Positions 18,752 through 27,829 of a DNA stretch of 39,662 nucleotides are shown one piece after another. The notes beneath the pieces are model-generated. The model searched no databases, was not told where the DNA came from, and saw only the letters and a list, made by a program, of their open reading frames with translations. Location of the stretch: assembly GCA_964397795.1 (NCBI GenBank), contig CAYNKM010000001.1, forward strand, positions 1 to 39,662, written 5' to 3'. This stretch comes from an uncultured Desulfovibrio sp. (GTDB lineage: Bacteria; Desulfobacterota; Desulfovibrionia; Desulfovibrionales; Desulfovibrionaceae). The translations under genes and the position numbers were made by a program. Numbering within the stretch: the stretch's first letter is position 1; each line of letters begins with the position of its first letter.

Positions 18752-19300
18752 CTAACGACTTTTGGGCACAAGAAGCATTTGCAATGTGCGTCCTTCAGCC
18801 CGGGGCTCCTGTTCAAGTTTTGCCACATCCGCCAAATCCTGAACCATGCGTTCCAGAATGGCGGTGCCCCTGTCCTTGTGGATAATCTCCCTGCCCCGAA
18901 AAAAAACTGTTACCTTGCAGCGATCGCCGTCTTCCAGAAAACGCCGGATATGCCTTAATTTTGTTTCATAATCATGGTCATCAGTTTTGGGACGAACTTT
19001 AATCTCTTTTATCTGTATTACACTTTGCCGCTTTCTGGCGTCCGCCTTTTTTTTCTGCTGCTCATATTTATATTTTCCATAGTCCATAATGCGGCATACA
19101 GGAGGATCGGATGTGGCCGCCACCTCGACAAGATCCAGACCCGCTTCCCTGGCCAGATCCATGGCTTCATTTCTTGGCAGAATGCCAAGTTGATCTCCAT
19201 CCGCTCCAATAACGCGAACTTCTCGCGCCCGAATCATCTCATTGCGCCGCACGCCATCCTGAGGCGTTTCCCGGCGCGTTCTTACATTAGGCGAAGCTAT
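18752..19300 (-). CDS. infC: Translation initiation factor IF-3, non-canonical ATA start
   Basis: Sequence RNEMIRAREVRVI...PPVCRIMDYGKYKY...KEIKVRP. A GGAGG Shine-Dalgarno lies 8 nt upstream of the in-frame ATA at 19300, and the gene overlaps thrS by 14 nt. Confidence 0.93.
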   Translation of the reverse strand: MASPNVRTRRETPQDGVRRNEMIRAREVRVIGADGDQLGILPRNEAMDLAREAGLDLVEVAATSDPPVCRIMDYGKYKYEQQKKKADARKRQSVIQIKEIKVRPKTDDHDYETKLRHIRRFLEDGDRCKVTVFFRGREIIHKDRGTAILERMVQDLADVAKLEQEPRAEGRTLQMLLVPKSR

Positions 19301-21233
19301 AACGCATACCTCCTTCTTTAAAGGGCAATTCTGCGGCCTCTTCAACCAGGCTGACTATTTCAGACAAGGATTTGGGACCCAGATTCTCACCATTGCGCAA
19401 ACGCACAGACGGATTTCCTGTTTGCGCCTCCTTTTCTCCCATGATCAGCATATATGGAATTTTGGCCAGTTGAGCCTCGCGAACCTTAAAACCAAGCTTT
19501 TCATTGCGCAAGTCAGCCTGGGCGCGCAGCCCGCGTTCTTTAAGTTCCTTCAGCACTTTTTTGGCAGCGTCATTCGCGGCTTCTGTAACTGTGAGGATGC
19601 GAATTTGTTCGGGAGCAAGCCATATCGGCAAGGCGCCTGAATAATGCTCCAGAAGAATCCCTATAAAGCGCTCAACTGAACCCATAATGGCCCGGTGAAC
19701 CATGACTGGCCGGCGTTTTTCTCCATCCTTGTCAACATAGGTCAGATCGAATCTTTCCGGCATGGTAAAATCAACCTGAATGGTGGAACATTGCCATTGT
19801 CTGCCAAGAGAATCAAGCAGACTGACGTCAATTTTTGGTCCATAAAAAGCGCCGTCTCCCTCATTTATCTCGTATGGAAGTCCAGCTTTTTCCACGGCCT
19901 TTATCAGGGCGTCAGTGGCCGTATTCCAGGCTTCGTCTGTTCCTATACTGTTACTTGGACGGGTCGAAATGGCGACCTTAAACTGAAAGTCAAAGAGTTT
20001 CATCAAATCATGAATTAAATTAATGACATCCAGAATTTCGCCCTCAAGCTGATCTGGTGTACAGAGAATATGCGCGTCATCCTGGGTAAATTGACGGACT
20101 CTTAAAAGACCGTGTAAAACTCCGCTTTTCTCGTGCCTGTGAACAACTCCCAGTTCAAAATAACGTTGCGGCAAGTCCCTGTAACTATGCAGATCGCGCT
20201 GGTACATAAGCATATGACCTATGCAGTTCATGGGCTTTATGCCATACTGGTCTTCTTCTATCTGGGTAAAATACATATTTTCCCGATAGTGATCATAGTG
20301 GCCCGATGTCTGCCAGGCCTCGACCCGTAAAAGCTGCGGTCCCTGCACTATGTCATATCCGCGTTTTAAATGCTCCCTTTTCCAGAAATCCTCAAGGATC
20401 GTTCTGACAAGCATGCCTTTGGGCAGCCAGAAAACCATTCCGGGCGCGATTTTTTCTTCAAAATGAAACAGATCAAGTTCCTTACCCAATTTACGATGAT
20501 CCCGTTTTTTCGCTTCCTCCAACTGGCGCAGGTATACATCCAGACTTTTTTTATCGGCAAAGGCGGTGCCGTAAATTCTCGATAGCATCCTGTTTTTTTC
20601 ATCGCCTCGCCAGTAAGCGCCAGCTACAGACAGCAAATGGGAATTTCTGGTAAAACTGGTATCCGGCACATGCGGTCCGCGACAGAGATCGACAAAATCA
20701 TCACAAATATATAAACCTACTTCATCCGCTTCAATTGAATCCAGTAACTCTTCCTTATAAATCTCACCTCTTTGACGGAAAAAATCCCTTGCTTCCTTTT
20801 TTGGCGTAACTTTATGAACAAAAGGAATGGCTTCATCCGCAATGCGCGCCATTTCTTTTTCTATTGCCGCCAAATCATCTGAAGAAAACGGCTTGTCAAC
20901 TTCAAAATCATAATAGAATCCATTTTCTATAGCCGGGCCAATTGCCACCCTGGCTTCAGGGAATAATTTTTTAACAGCGCAAGCCATTACATGAGCAGTC
21001 GAATGACGCAAAATGTCCAAACCTTCGGGAGAATCGGCAGAGATGGGCAAAAGCTCAACCGCCTGTTGCGGAACCGCGGAATCCAGATCAAGAAGTTCGC
21101 TTTTATCGCCCAGAATTGCCTTGACAGCGACAATATTTTTTAATTTCTTGCCGCTCAGAACCTGCTTTACCGCCTGTTTGCATGTTATCCCATCTTCCAG
21201 GGAATGTTCCTGGCCGTCAATAAGCACGTTCAT
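19287..21233 (-). CDS. thrS: Threonine--tRNA ligase
   Basis: Motifs LRHSTAH, DLCRGPH, RDHRKLG, KPMNC, GLLRVRQFTQDDAH and GDGAFYGPKID. Confidence 0.98.
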   Translation of the reverse strand: MNVLIDGQEHSLEDGITCKQAVKQVLSGKKLKNIVAVKAILGDKSELLDLDSAVPQQAVELLPISADSPEGLDILRHSTAHVMACAVKKLFPEARVAIGPAIENGFYYDFEVDKPFSSDDLAAIEKEMARIADEAIPFVHKVTPKKEARDFFRQRGEIYKEELLDSIEADEVGLYICDDFVDLCRGPHVPDTSFTRNSHLLSVAGAYWRGDEKNRMLSRIYGTAFADKKSLDVYLRQLEEAKKRDHRKLGKELDLFHFEEKIAPGMVFWLPKGMLVRTILEDFWKREHLKRGYDIVQGPQLLRVEAWQTSGHYDHYRENMYFTQIEEDQYGIKPMNCIGHMLMYQRDLHSYRDLPQRYFELGVVHRHEKSGVLHGLLRVRQFTQDDAHILCTPDQLEGEILDVINLIHDLMKLFDFQFKVAISTRPSNSIGTDEAWNTATDALIKAVEKAGLPYEINEGDGAFYGPKIDVSLLDSLGRQWQCSTIQVDFTMPERFDLTYVDKDGEKRRPVMVHRAIMGSVERFIGILLEHYSGALPIWLAPEQIRILTVTEAANDAAKKVLKELKERGLRAQADLRNEKLGFKVREAQLAKIPYMLIMGEKEAQTGNPSVRLRNGENLGPKSLSEIVSLVEEAAELPFKEGGMRYSFA

Positions 21234-21335
21234 GTCATTCTCCAGATTTTTATGAAATTCATCCTGTTACAATATCCGCATATCCGCTTTTCAGGCTAAA
21301 AATATACTGGAATCATGCGCTATCAATATGCCAAT

Positions 21336-21366
21336 AAAAGAAATGGGGAGACCAGGCTCCCCATTT
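21336..21366 (-). terminator. Rho-independent terminator downstream of tRNA-Val
   Basis: Minus strand reads AAATGGGGAG-CCTGGT-CTCCCCATTT followed by CTTTT. Confidence 0.75.
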
Positions 21367-21428
21367 ACTGCAAATTTAGCGATGCAGTCCGCCCCAATTA
21401 TATTCAAGGCATATGCCCATTTATATTC

Positions 21429-21505
21429 TGGTAGGAACGAGCAGACTTGAACTGCTGACCTCTTCCGTGTCAAGGAAGCGCTCTAGCCACCTGAGCTACG
21501 CTCCT
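21429..21505 (-). tRNA. tRNA-Val (anticodon GAC)
   Basis: AGGAGCGTAGCTCAGGTGGCTAGAGCG-CTTCC-TTGACAC-GGAAG-AGGTC-AGCAG-TTCAAGT-CTGCT-CGTTCCT-ACCA forms a full 77-nt cloverleaf with encoded CCA. Confidence 0.97.
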
Positions 21506-21572
21506 TTAAAAACCGAAAGGAATTCAAACACGTTTCTGATTATTAGTCAAGATTTTTTTACTCCCATCGGAA

Positions 21573-22007
21573 TTAATAATTTTTGTTATCATTTTGCGCC
21601 AGAATCAACTCGACTTCATCCACACTTAAACCGGCGTTACGGGCAATCTGGCGAGGGGTCAAACCTTTTCTGCGACCATTTAATATTATTTCCCGCGAAA
21701 ACTGCGGAGACCGCGCAATACCCTCCGCCTGTTCCATAAGCCGTCTTAATTCTGTTACGCGAGCTTCAAGCTTGCTGTCAAGTTCCCTAAGCTCGGCCTG
21801 CCTCTGGGCAAACGTGCCCACAATATCCCTTTCCAGTCTGGCGTTCATTTCCAGCCTTGCAAGAATACTTTGCTGATTATCCTGCAAGGTGGTCATAAGA
21901 CTTTGGGAACGCTTGAGGCGCATATAAAAAACAAGAGCGCCTGCCAAAATCAGCAATTCCAGCACTGAGCAGGTTATTATAAGTATAATAAAAATTGTTT
22001 CATTCAT
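21573..22007 (-). CDS. Membrane-anchored coiled-coil protein with C-terminal HTH-like domain (FipA/SwrB/DUF2802-like), flagellar accessory
   Basis: N-terminal transmembrane helix, coiled coil, and C-terminal GLTPRQIARNAGLSVDEVELIL; last gene of the flhF-flhG-fliA run. Confidence 0.65.
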   Translation of the reverse strand: MNETIFIILIITCSVLELLILAGALVFYMRLKRSQSLMTTLQDNQQSILARLEMNARLERDIVGTFAQRQAELRELDSKLEARVTELRRLMEQAEGIARSPQFSREIILNGRRKGLTPRQIARNAGLSVDEVELILAQNDNKNY

Positions 22008-22324
22008 ATTTTGACATTAAGCAAATTTCCCACAAAGGGAGTGGTAACAAGGATTTCTCCGGCTTCCTCATTATCGGCAACATTGGCTCTTTTTCTGCGC
22101 CTGCTGTAAGAAAACCTGTTTCCCCCCTCTTTTTTCGCATTAATAGCGGGGTTATCGGTCTTTTCCATCTTTTCTATTTTTTCGCGCTCCTGCCTAATCT
22201 GCTCTGCCGCCAGCATTCTGGTCATTGCCAGCGATGCCTGCGGAGCCACCATGGCAGCATTGGCTACATTTGTGGATAAACCGCTTTGCGCATACAAAAC
22301 GGCCAGGGTAGTATCCACGCTCAT
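22004..22324 (-). CDS. Hypothetical protein in the flagellar operon
   Basis: GGAGG Shine-Dalgarno, ATGA overlap with the next gene, and C-terminal GNLLNVKI. Confidence 0.75.
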   Translation of the reverse strand: MSVDTTLAVLYAQSGLSTNVANAAMVAPQASLAMTRMLAAEQIRQEREKIEKMEKTDNPAINAKKEGGNRFSYSRRRKRANVADNEEAGEILVTTPFVGNLLNVKI

Positions 22325-22373
22325 ATTGCCTCCCTGGTCATTGCAAAGTTTTATGAAAAAAACGCTGAATTAA

Positions 22374-23045
22374 TCACCAGCTTAAATAGCTTTCAAAAAC
22401 AATATCATCCAGCTTGCCCTGAGTCAGATAATCATTAAACACTGAAAGCAAATCCCGCTTAATCTCCGGCGCGTTCCTGGCATCAGCCAAAAAAGCGTTA
22501 TCCTTGCTACGCAGGTAATAGTAAATGGCATCCCGCAGGGGCAAAAGCTGCTGCTGGACTTCCTTGTTGACCACCTGATCTTTTGATATTGCGGAAAATC
22601 TGCAAATCAGGAAGCCGGTTTTTCCATCCGGTCCTGTCGTGGGTACAATAAAGGGAGAAAACTCGCTTACTATTTCCTGATCCTCGGTGGGCGCCGGAGT
22701 CGAAGGGACCACTATCACTTCAGGTTCAGGAGCGGAAGGAGGAGCTGGGGGAGGGGCGCGAAAAAAAAACCACCATATCGCCACAGCTGCCAGGATCAGA
22801 ATAATTCCGCCAATAAGAGCTGAAAGCAGAATAAGCTTTTTACGCCGTTTTCTTTTTTCTTCGTCTTCTGACCGATCTTCCAAATCATCGGGAACTTCAG
22901 TTTTGGCCGGCGTCTTTTCCTCTGTCTGTAAAAAAGGGGCGTCGTCCAGGTCAAGTTCCACTTTCTTGGCGGCAACAGGAGCAGTATCCCCGCCGGAAAC
23001 CTCTATTTCCGGATTTTCAGTTTTGCTCTGAACCTGTTCAGCCAC
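22374..23045 (-). CDS. fliL: Second FliL-family protein
   Basis: Acidic N-terminus, basic patch, transmembrane helix, Pro-rich linker, then LRDAIYYYL...IKRDLLSVFN.YL..GKLDDIVFESY (FliL C-terminal pattern). Confidence 0.8.
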   Translation of the reverse strand: MAEQVQSKTENPEIEVSGGDTAPVAAKKVELDLDDAPFLQTEEKTPAKTEVPDDLEDRSEDEEKRKRRKKLILLSALIGGIILILAAVAIWWFFFRAPPPAPPSAPEPEVIVVPSTPAPTEDQEIVSEFSPFIVPTTGPDGKTGFLICRFSAISKDQVVNKEVQQQLLPLRDAIYYYLRSKDNAFLADARNAPEIKRDLLSVFNDYLTQGKLDDIVFESYLSW

Positions 23046-23098
23046 AATATCCCCTGCTCACACATAAAGATTAAATAATGAAATTCTGACGCGTAAGT

Positions 23099-23479
23099 TT
23101 ACGGGAAAATTTTATCAATTTTCTGTTTCATGGTATCAGCAGTAAAAGGCTTGACTATATAATTTGAAACTTTTGCCTGAACCGCTTCAATGATATTTTC
23201 CTGCTGCGCTTCGGCTGTTACCATGAGGAAGGGAATATCGGCAAACTGTTCGCTGGAACGCACTTTCCGTAAAAGTTCTATGCCTGTCATTTTAGGCATA
23301 TTCCAGTCTGAAACGATAAAGTCAATCTTTTCCCTGTTGAGAACATCCCAGGCAGTGGTGCCATCATCCGCCTCTACTACATTATTGAGGCCAATCTGGC
23401 GCAGAATATTTCTCACTATGCGTCTCATGGTGGAAAAATCATCTACAATAAGAACGCGCATATCTGGATCATAAGCCAT
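23099..23479 (-). CDS. cheY: Chemotaxis response regulator CheY
   Basis: Motifs VLIVDDFSTMRRIV, SDWNMP, MVTAEA and YIVKPFT. Confidence 0.97.
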   Translation of the reverse strand: MAYDPDMRVLIVDDFSTMRRIVRNILRQIGLNNVVEADDGTTAWDVLNREKIDFIVSDWNMPKMTGIELLRKVRSSEQFADIPFLMVTAEAQQENIIEAVQAKVSNYIVKPFTADTMKQKIDKIFP

Positions 23480-23495
23480 TATTTTCTCCTGTTAT

Positions 23496-24296
23496 TCAAA
23501 AGTCTGAACTATCTCCATATGTATTAAAAAAAATACGCCGCAATCTGCCGAGAGCTTGCGAATGCAGTTGAGAAACCCTGCCTTCAGTAATGCCCATCAC
23601 TTCCGCGGTTTCCCTCATATTCAATTCTTCCGTGTAATATAAAGAGAGTACCAGCTTTTCTCTTGGCGTCAAGCGCGCAATCAGGGGGGCGAGCCTTTCG
23701 ACAAGCTCCTGCATGGCGGTACTCAAGTATGGTTCTCCTCCCGTTTCCGGGCTATCCGCGCTCACATTATCCTGAATCGCGTCCAGAGAAAGCCAGAGCT
23801 GGTTTTGCAAAGCTTCAAGACCCTGGCGGATATCTTTCAGTTCAAAACCGGTCATTGCCTGCAATTCTTCTTCGGTAGCGGGCCGTCCCTGCTCGTGTTC
23901 AATGCTTCGCATAGCCTCGTCAATGGCCCGAACCCGTTGTCTCAAAGAGCGGGGAAACCAGTCAAGCCGACGTAATTCATCAAGCATCGCCCCGCGGATC
24001 CGGTTTTCGGCATATGTTTCAAATCTTATGCCCATTTGAGGACGAAACTTGCCCAAAGCTTCCATTAATCCGAGAGTTCCGGAACTAATTAATTCTCCCA
24101 ACTCGACATTTTTGGGCAATTTGGCTTTTAAGCGCAGGGCTAAAAAACGGATTTTGGGGGCGTAGTGCCTTACAATTCTTTCTTGCCGGACGGGGGAAAA
24201 ATCAGGCCAGGCAATATCGCCTGTTTCCAGCGCGTCCCACGGGCCAGCTTGAGCAGGAGAAGGATCGGAGGTAAAATTATCTATCGAATTTTGCAT
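23496..24296 (-). CDS. fliA: RNA polymerase sigma-28 factor FliA
   Basis: FETYAENRIRGAMLDELRRLDW and region 4 REKLVLSLYY...EGRVSQLH. Confidence 0.96.
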   Translation of the reverse strand: MQNSIDNFTSDPSPAQAGPWDALETGDIAWPDFSPVRQERIVRHYAPKIRFLALRLKAKLPKNVELGELISSGTLGLMEALGKFRPQMGIRFETYAENRIRGAMLDELRRLDWFPRSLRQRVRAIDEAMRSIEHEQGRPATEEELQAMTGFELKDIRQGLEALQNQLWLSLDAIQDNVSADSPETGGEPYLSTAMQELVERLAPLIARLTPREKLVLSLYYTEELNMRETAEVMGITEGRVSQLHSQALGRLRRIFFNTYGDSSDF

Positions 24297-24368
24297 CTTG
24301 AACGCTTATTAAATTCATCCATTTAACATTGAGAATTAAATTATAAATAAAGCAGACTTTTTTGGTGA

Positions 24369-25205
24369 CTAGCGGAAAAGCAGTTTTTTCCAGAAAAATT
24401 TAATGTTGCCGTCGGTTTCCTTGGGAACTTCCCAATTCGCTATTGTTTTGGCCAGCTGATTTACCGCCTTGCTGGCCTCACCATCCGGTTCTGCCAGACA
24501 AAATGGTTTTTGCTGAACAACAGATTTGCGCACATTGGGATCCCTTGGGATTACTCCTGCCAAATCAAGAGAAACGCCGCTCAAAAATCTGTCGCAAGCC
24601 TGATAAAGACAGCTAAAAATTTCCTTGGCCGCTTTCTGATCCTGGGCCATGTTTACGCAAACCTTAAAGTGTTCAACGCCATGAGTGAGCTTGAGGACTT
24701 TTATCAACGCGTAGGCGTCGGTCAGGGAAGTAGGTTCGGGAGTGAGAACGACAAGTCGCTCCTGTGACGCGAGATTAAAATAAAGGACATTGTCATTTAT
24801 GCCCGCGCCCGTATCCACAATCAGATAATCAAGTTCGTCTTCCAGTTCGCCCATTGCCTCGAGAAGCTCAAGCTTCTGCCCGGTTGTGAGGGAGAGCATC
24901 TCGCTCATGCCGGAAGAGGCGGGGAGAATGGAAAAGCCATAAGGAGTTGGATAAAGTATTTCCTTTAAATTCGCTCCTTCATGGAAAAGATGGAAAAGGT
25001 TTTTTTGCGGCGTCAATCCCAGGATAACATCAACATTTGCCAAACCAAGATCAGCGTCAACAAGAGCGACTCTTTTGCCCATTGAAGCCAGAGATGTGGC
25101 AAGATTAACGGAAAGGTTGGTTTTGCCGACTCCGCCTTTACCGGAAGTAACCGAGAAAACTACTGGAAATGAGCCATCATTTGTTTTGTTCACTTCTTTT
25201 TCCAT
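24369..25205 (-). CDS. flhG: Flagellar number regulator FlhG/FleN (MinD-like ATPase)
   Basis: Motifs TSGKGGVGKT, DADLGLANVD, DTGAGI and PEPTSLTDAYALIK; lies between flhF and fliA. Confidence 0.94.
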   Translation of the reverse strand: MEKEVNKTNDGSFPVVFSVTSGKGGVGKTNLSVNLATSLASMGKRVALVDADLGLANVDVILGLTPQKNLFHLFHEGANLKEILYPTPYGFSILPASSGMSEMLSLTTGQKLELLEAMGELEDELDYLIVDTGAGINDNVLYFNLASQERLVVLTPEPTSLTDAYALIKVLKLTHGVEHFKVCVNMAQDQKAAKEIFSCLYQACDRFLSGVSLDLAGVIPRDPNVRKSVVQQKPFCLAEPDGEASKAVNQLAKTIANWEVPKETDGNIKFFWKKLLFR

Positions 25206-25231
25206 TGGTGCCGAACCGTATGATTACTTGA

Positions 25232-25260
25232 TTTTTAAAATATGCCTTTACGCATGTCAA
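25232..25260 (-). promoter_or_regulatory. Candidate internal sigma70 promoter for flhG-fliA
   Basis: Minus strand reads TTGACA-17 nt-TAAAAA(T) in the flhF-flhG spacer. Confidence 0.4.
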
Positions 25261-25315
25261 AGCGCTTTTAACATTCATTAAATATTTTCTGACTTATAAA
25301 CATGTTCATAAAAAT

Positions 25316-26449
25316 TTAAACGCTTCTGCCTTCTCCAAGCCTTTTTGCCGAGGTCCTTGCGGCATTTGCGGAAGCATTCTGAACATCCCCGGGAAGCTGG
25401 CGCTTGAAGATCAGTCGCCATACCAATGGTTCGGTCGCCGTCGCCAGGCTTTCTTTCAACTCCGGACCATAGGAAAGGGCGGATACTGGCAGGCGCGAAT
25501 CATGAGCCACATTTACTATATTGCCGAAAGTTACGGCTTCATCAAGCTTGGTCCAGACAATGCTTGCAGGGCCGGAACCTTTATAACGTTTTATAAAATC
25601 CTGAATCTGCAAGGTTTCGTTGAATGGGGCAAGAGTAAGATGACAGGCGCCATTGATTTCGTCCAGACCCATGTCCGACTGCCATTCTTCCATGGTTTTT
25701 GTATGCGGCAAACCGGGGGAGTCAATGAATACCCTGTCGAATATATTTGTTGAAGCAATAGCCCTTTTCATCGCTTCCTTGTCAGGAACTTCAAGATAGG
25801 CAAAATTGGAAAGTTCAGCCCAGTGGCGTAGAACCAGGCGACCATTGCCACGCAAGCAATCGGCATTTATAAAAGCCATCCGCATATCCGGATCAGATTT
25901 TCGAAGCGACAGGGCGAAACGCAATCCTGTCGTCGTTTTTCCCGACCCATAGGGCCCTGTCAAAAACTGAACTCTTTGGGGCCAGTTTTCCACTCCATAG
26001 GCTTTTACCGGAACAATTCCCGCGAGGCATTCCAGCACGGAAGATCCCGGACTTGCCAGAAGGTTACGATATAGCTCAACAGCGACTCCATCCGATACGC
26101 CTTCCCTCTGCAGATATTCCAGCGCCACCCGCTGACGCGGAGTCAGTTTGTCAAGCTGAATGGCCGGCTTCATCAAGGCGAAAAGCTGATCCTTGATTCT
26201 CATCCATTCCCTGTGCCATTCGCCCCAGCCGCCAGGGGTTGAAGGCATATCCGCCGACCCCTCAAAAGATGGCTGGGCAGGCGCGGATACAGGATTATCC
26301 CTCTCAAGTCCGGCTGTTATTTCATGACAGACTACGCCGTTCTTCCGATAGGTGCGATTGCCCAGGATCACGGCATCCGGACCCATTTCGGCCTTCACCA
26401 TTGCAAGCACTTCTTGCGAGGTAGCGCCGGTGAAAGTTTTAACCTGCAT
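25316..26449 (-). CDS. flhF: Flagellar SRP-type GTPase FlhF
   Basis: N-terminal MQVKTF.G.T..E.L..VK.EMGPDAVIL, plus GPYGSGKTTT, DSPG and TKLDE. Confidence 0.92.
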   Translation of the reverse strand: MQVKTFTGATSQEVLAMVKAEMGPDAVILGNRTYRKNGVVCHEITAGLERDNPVSAPAQPSFEGSADMPSTPGGWGEWHREWMRIKDQLFALMKPAIQLDKLTPRQRVALEYLQREGVSDGVAVELYRNLLASPGSSVLECLAGIVPVKAYGVENWPQRVQFLTGPYGSGKTTTGLRFALSLRKSDPDMRMAFINADCLRGNGRLVLRHWAELSNFAYLEVPDKEAMKRAIASTNIFDRVFIDSPGLPHTKTMEEWQSDMGLDEINGACHLTLAPFNETLQIQDFIKRYKGSGPASIVWTKLDEAVTFGNIVNVAHDSRLPVSALSYGPELKESLATATEPLVWRLIFKRQLPGDVQNASANAARTSAKRLGEGRSV

Positions 26450-26505
26450 GATCCTTATCCTTTCTTTATCTTTATAGAGCCCGGCCTTGTTGCTTCTTAA
26501 AAATA

Positions 26506-26521
26506 TGCAATATTAAGACCA
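26506..26521 (-). promoter_or_regulatory. Sigma54 (-24/-12) promoter candidate for the flhF operon
   Basis: Minus strand reads TGGTCTTAATATTGCA, which has GG-N10-GC spacing with TGG and TTGCA, 56 nt upstream of the flhF ATG. Confidence 0.55.
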
Positions 26522-26585
26522 CTGTAAAAATTATCTTATTAAAAATTATTTTTCCTGCAAGATAATGCCATTACGGGAAAATCTT

Positions 26586-27242
26586 TCATATTTCAAGATC
26601 AGGGCTTTTGCCAAGACAGGCTGTTCCATTTGAAAGAATGGCCAGTTTATTGACCAGAAACTGAGTATTGGAAAGAGGGACATTAAGTAGAAATTCCGCT
26701 TTATCCTTATATATCTCTTCCAGAATATCAGTTTCCAGCTCTTTAAAAACCCTTTTTGCCGCATCCAGGTATTGATAATCAAAACGCGCCGACCATAATT
26801 CTCTCGGAACAAGCTCAATAACAGGCATATTTTCCAGATTAAGCCTGACAGAATCCTGATAAGCCCTGACAAGCCCCCCTGTTCCCAATTTTATACCCCC
26901 AAACCATCTGCTTGTAACCGTGCAAATTTGACCGATTCCGCTATGCAGGAGCATATTGAGCATGGGTTTACCCGCTGTTCCGTGCGGTTCCCCATCGTCA
27001 GAACAGCCGATTCTGGCGGTATTTCCCGGAGCTCCGGCCGCAAACGCCCAGCAATGATGAGAGGCGTCCGGTTCTTTTCGCTTCAGGTCCCAAACGTAGT
27101 CCCTAACGCTGTCCGCATTTTCACAATGGAAACTTCGTGTAATAAAAAGGCTTTTCCGGATTGTAAATTCCGTGCGCCAGGGATTATCCGCACCGGCCCG
27201 GGGCACATGATATCGCTGGAATATATTATCAGAACAGCTCAT
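26586..27242 (-). CDS. yigZ: YigZ/IMPACT family protein
   Basis: Motifs IRKSLFI, DASHHCWAF, SDDGEPHGTAGKPML and RWFGGIKLGTGGLVRAY. Start set at ATG 27242. Confidence 0.93.
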   Translation of the reverse strand: MSCSDNIFQRYHVPRAGADNPWRTEFTIRKSLFITRSFHCENADSVRDYVWDLKRKEPDASHHCWAFAAGAPGNTARIGCSDDGEPHGTAGKPMLNMLLHSGIGQICTVTSRWFGGIKLGTGGLVRAYQDSVRLNLENMPVIELVPRELWSARFDYQYLDAAKRVFKELETDILEEIYKDKAEFLLNVPLSNTQFLVNKLAILSNGTACLGKSPDLEI

Positions 27243-27368
27243 TCCCTGTATTTTAACAATTAGGCAATCCTTGGGCAATATAAAAATTCAGGGGTTTACG
27301 TTTTTTCAGTATTTGACATTGCCGCAAGTTCAGTAAAAAATAAACATGAGGGTCACATAATTCAGCAT

Positions 27369-27794
27369 ATGCAAAAGGAAATAAATGTGCGCGGTAAACT
27401 TGTTCCAGGACTTTCCAGAACAATAACTCACAAGGTTGAAAAGATTTATCTGGCTTCTTCCATTGGAAGCGGCCTTGTCAATGTATTCTCAACAGCCATG
27501 ATGATCGCGTTTATGGAAGAAGCGGCGGTTGAAGCCGTTCAACCGTATCTACCTGCCGGATTTACCACCGTGGGCGTTCACGTTGATGTCTCCCATATAT
27601 CCGCTACCCCGCAAGGAATGGAAGTAACTTGCAGCGCGACTCTTGAAGAAATTTCCAGTGACGGCCGAAAAATGACTTTCACAGTACAGGCATCCGACGC
27701 CCTGGGGAAAATCGGATTCGGGATTCATAAACGGGTCATGATTAATTGGGAAGAATTTGAAAAAAATACCTCAAAAAAATTAAATCCGGATTAA
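27369..27794 (+). CDS. Hot-dog fold thioesterase, FlK (fluoroacetyl-CoA thioesterase)-like
   Basis: GSG..NVFSTAMMIAFME.AA and TTVG..VDVSH..ATP.G carry the Thr/Glu/His triad; G.H.R near the C-terminus. Confidence 0.88.
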   Translation: MQKEINVRGKLVPGLSRTITHKVEKIYLASSIGSGLVNVFSTAMMIAFMEEAAVEAVQPYLPAGFTTVGVHVDVSHISATPQGMEVTCSATLEEISSDGRKMTFTVQASDALGKIGFGIHKRVMINWEEFEKNTSKKLNPD

Positions 27795-27829
27795 TTGAAT
27801 TAATTCGCAGGTCAAATTCGTGACAAAAT

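Noticed and set aside
21318-21333. Sigma54-like TGGCATATTGATAGCG upstream of thrS
   Set aside because: The -12 element is TAGC rather than TTGC, and sigma54 control is unlikely for a housekeeping synthetase operon.
21429-21505. tRNA-Val as an integration site for an island
   Set aside because: I saw no integrase and no duplicated tRNA 3' end in the window; the flanks are core genes.
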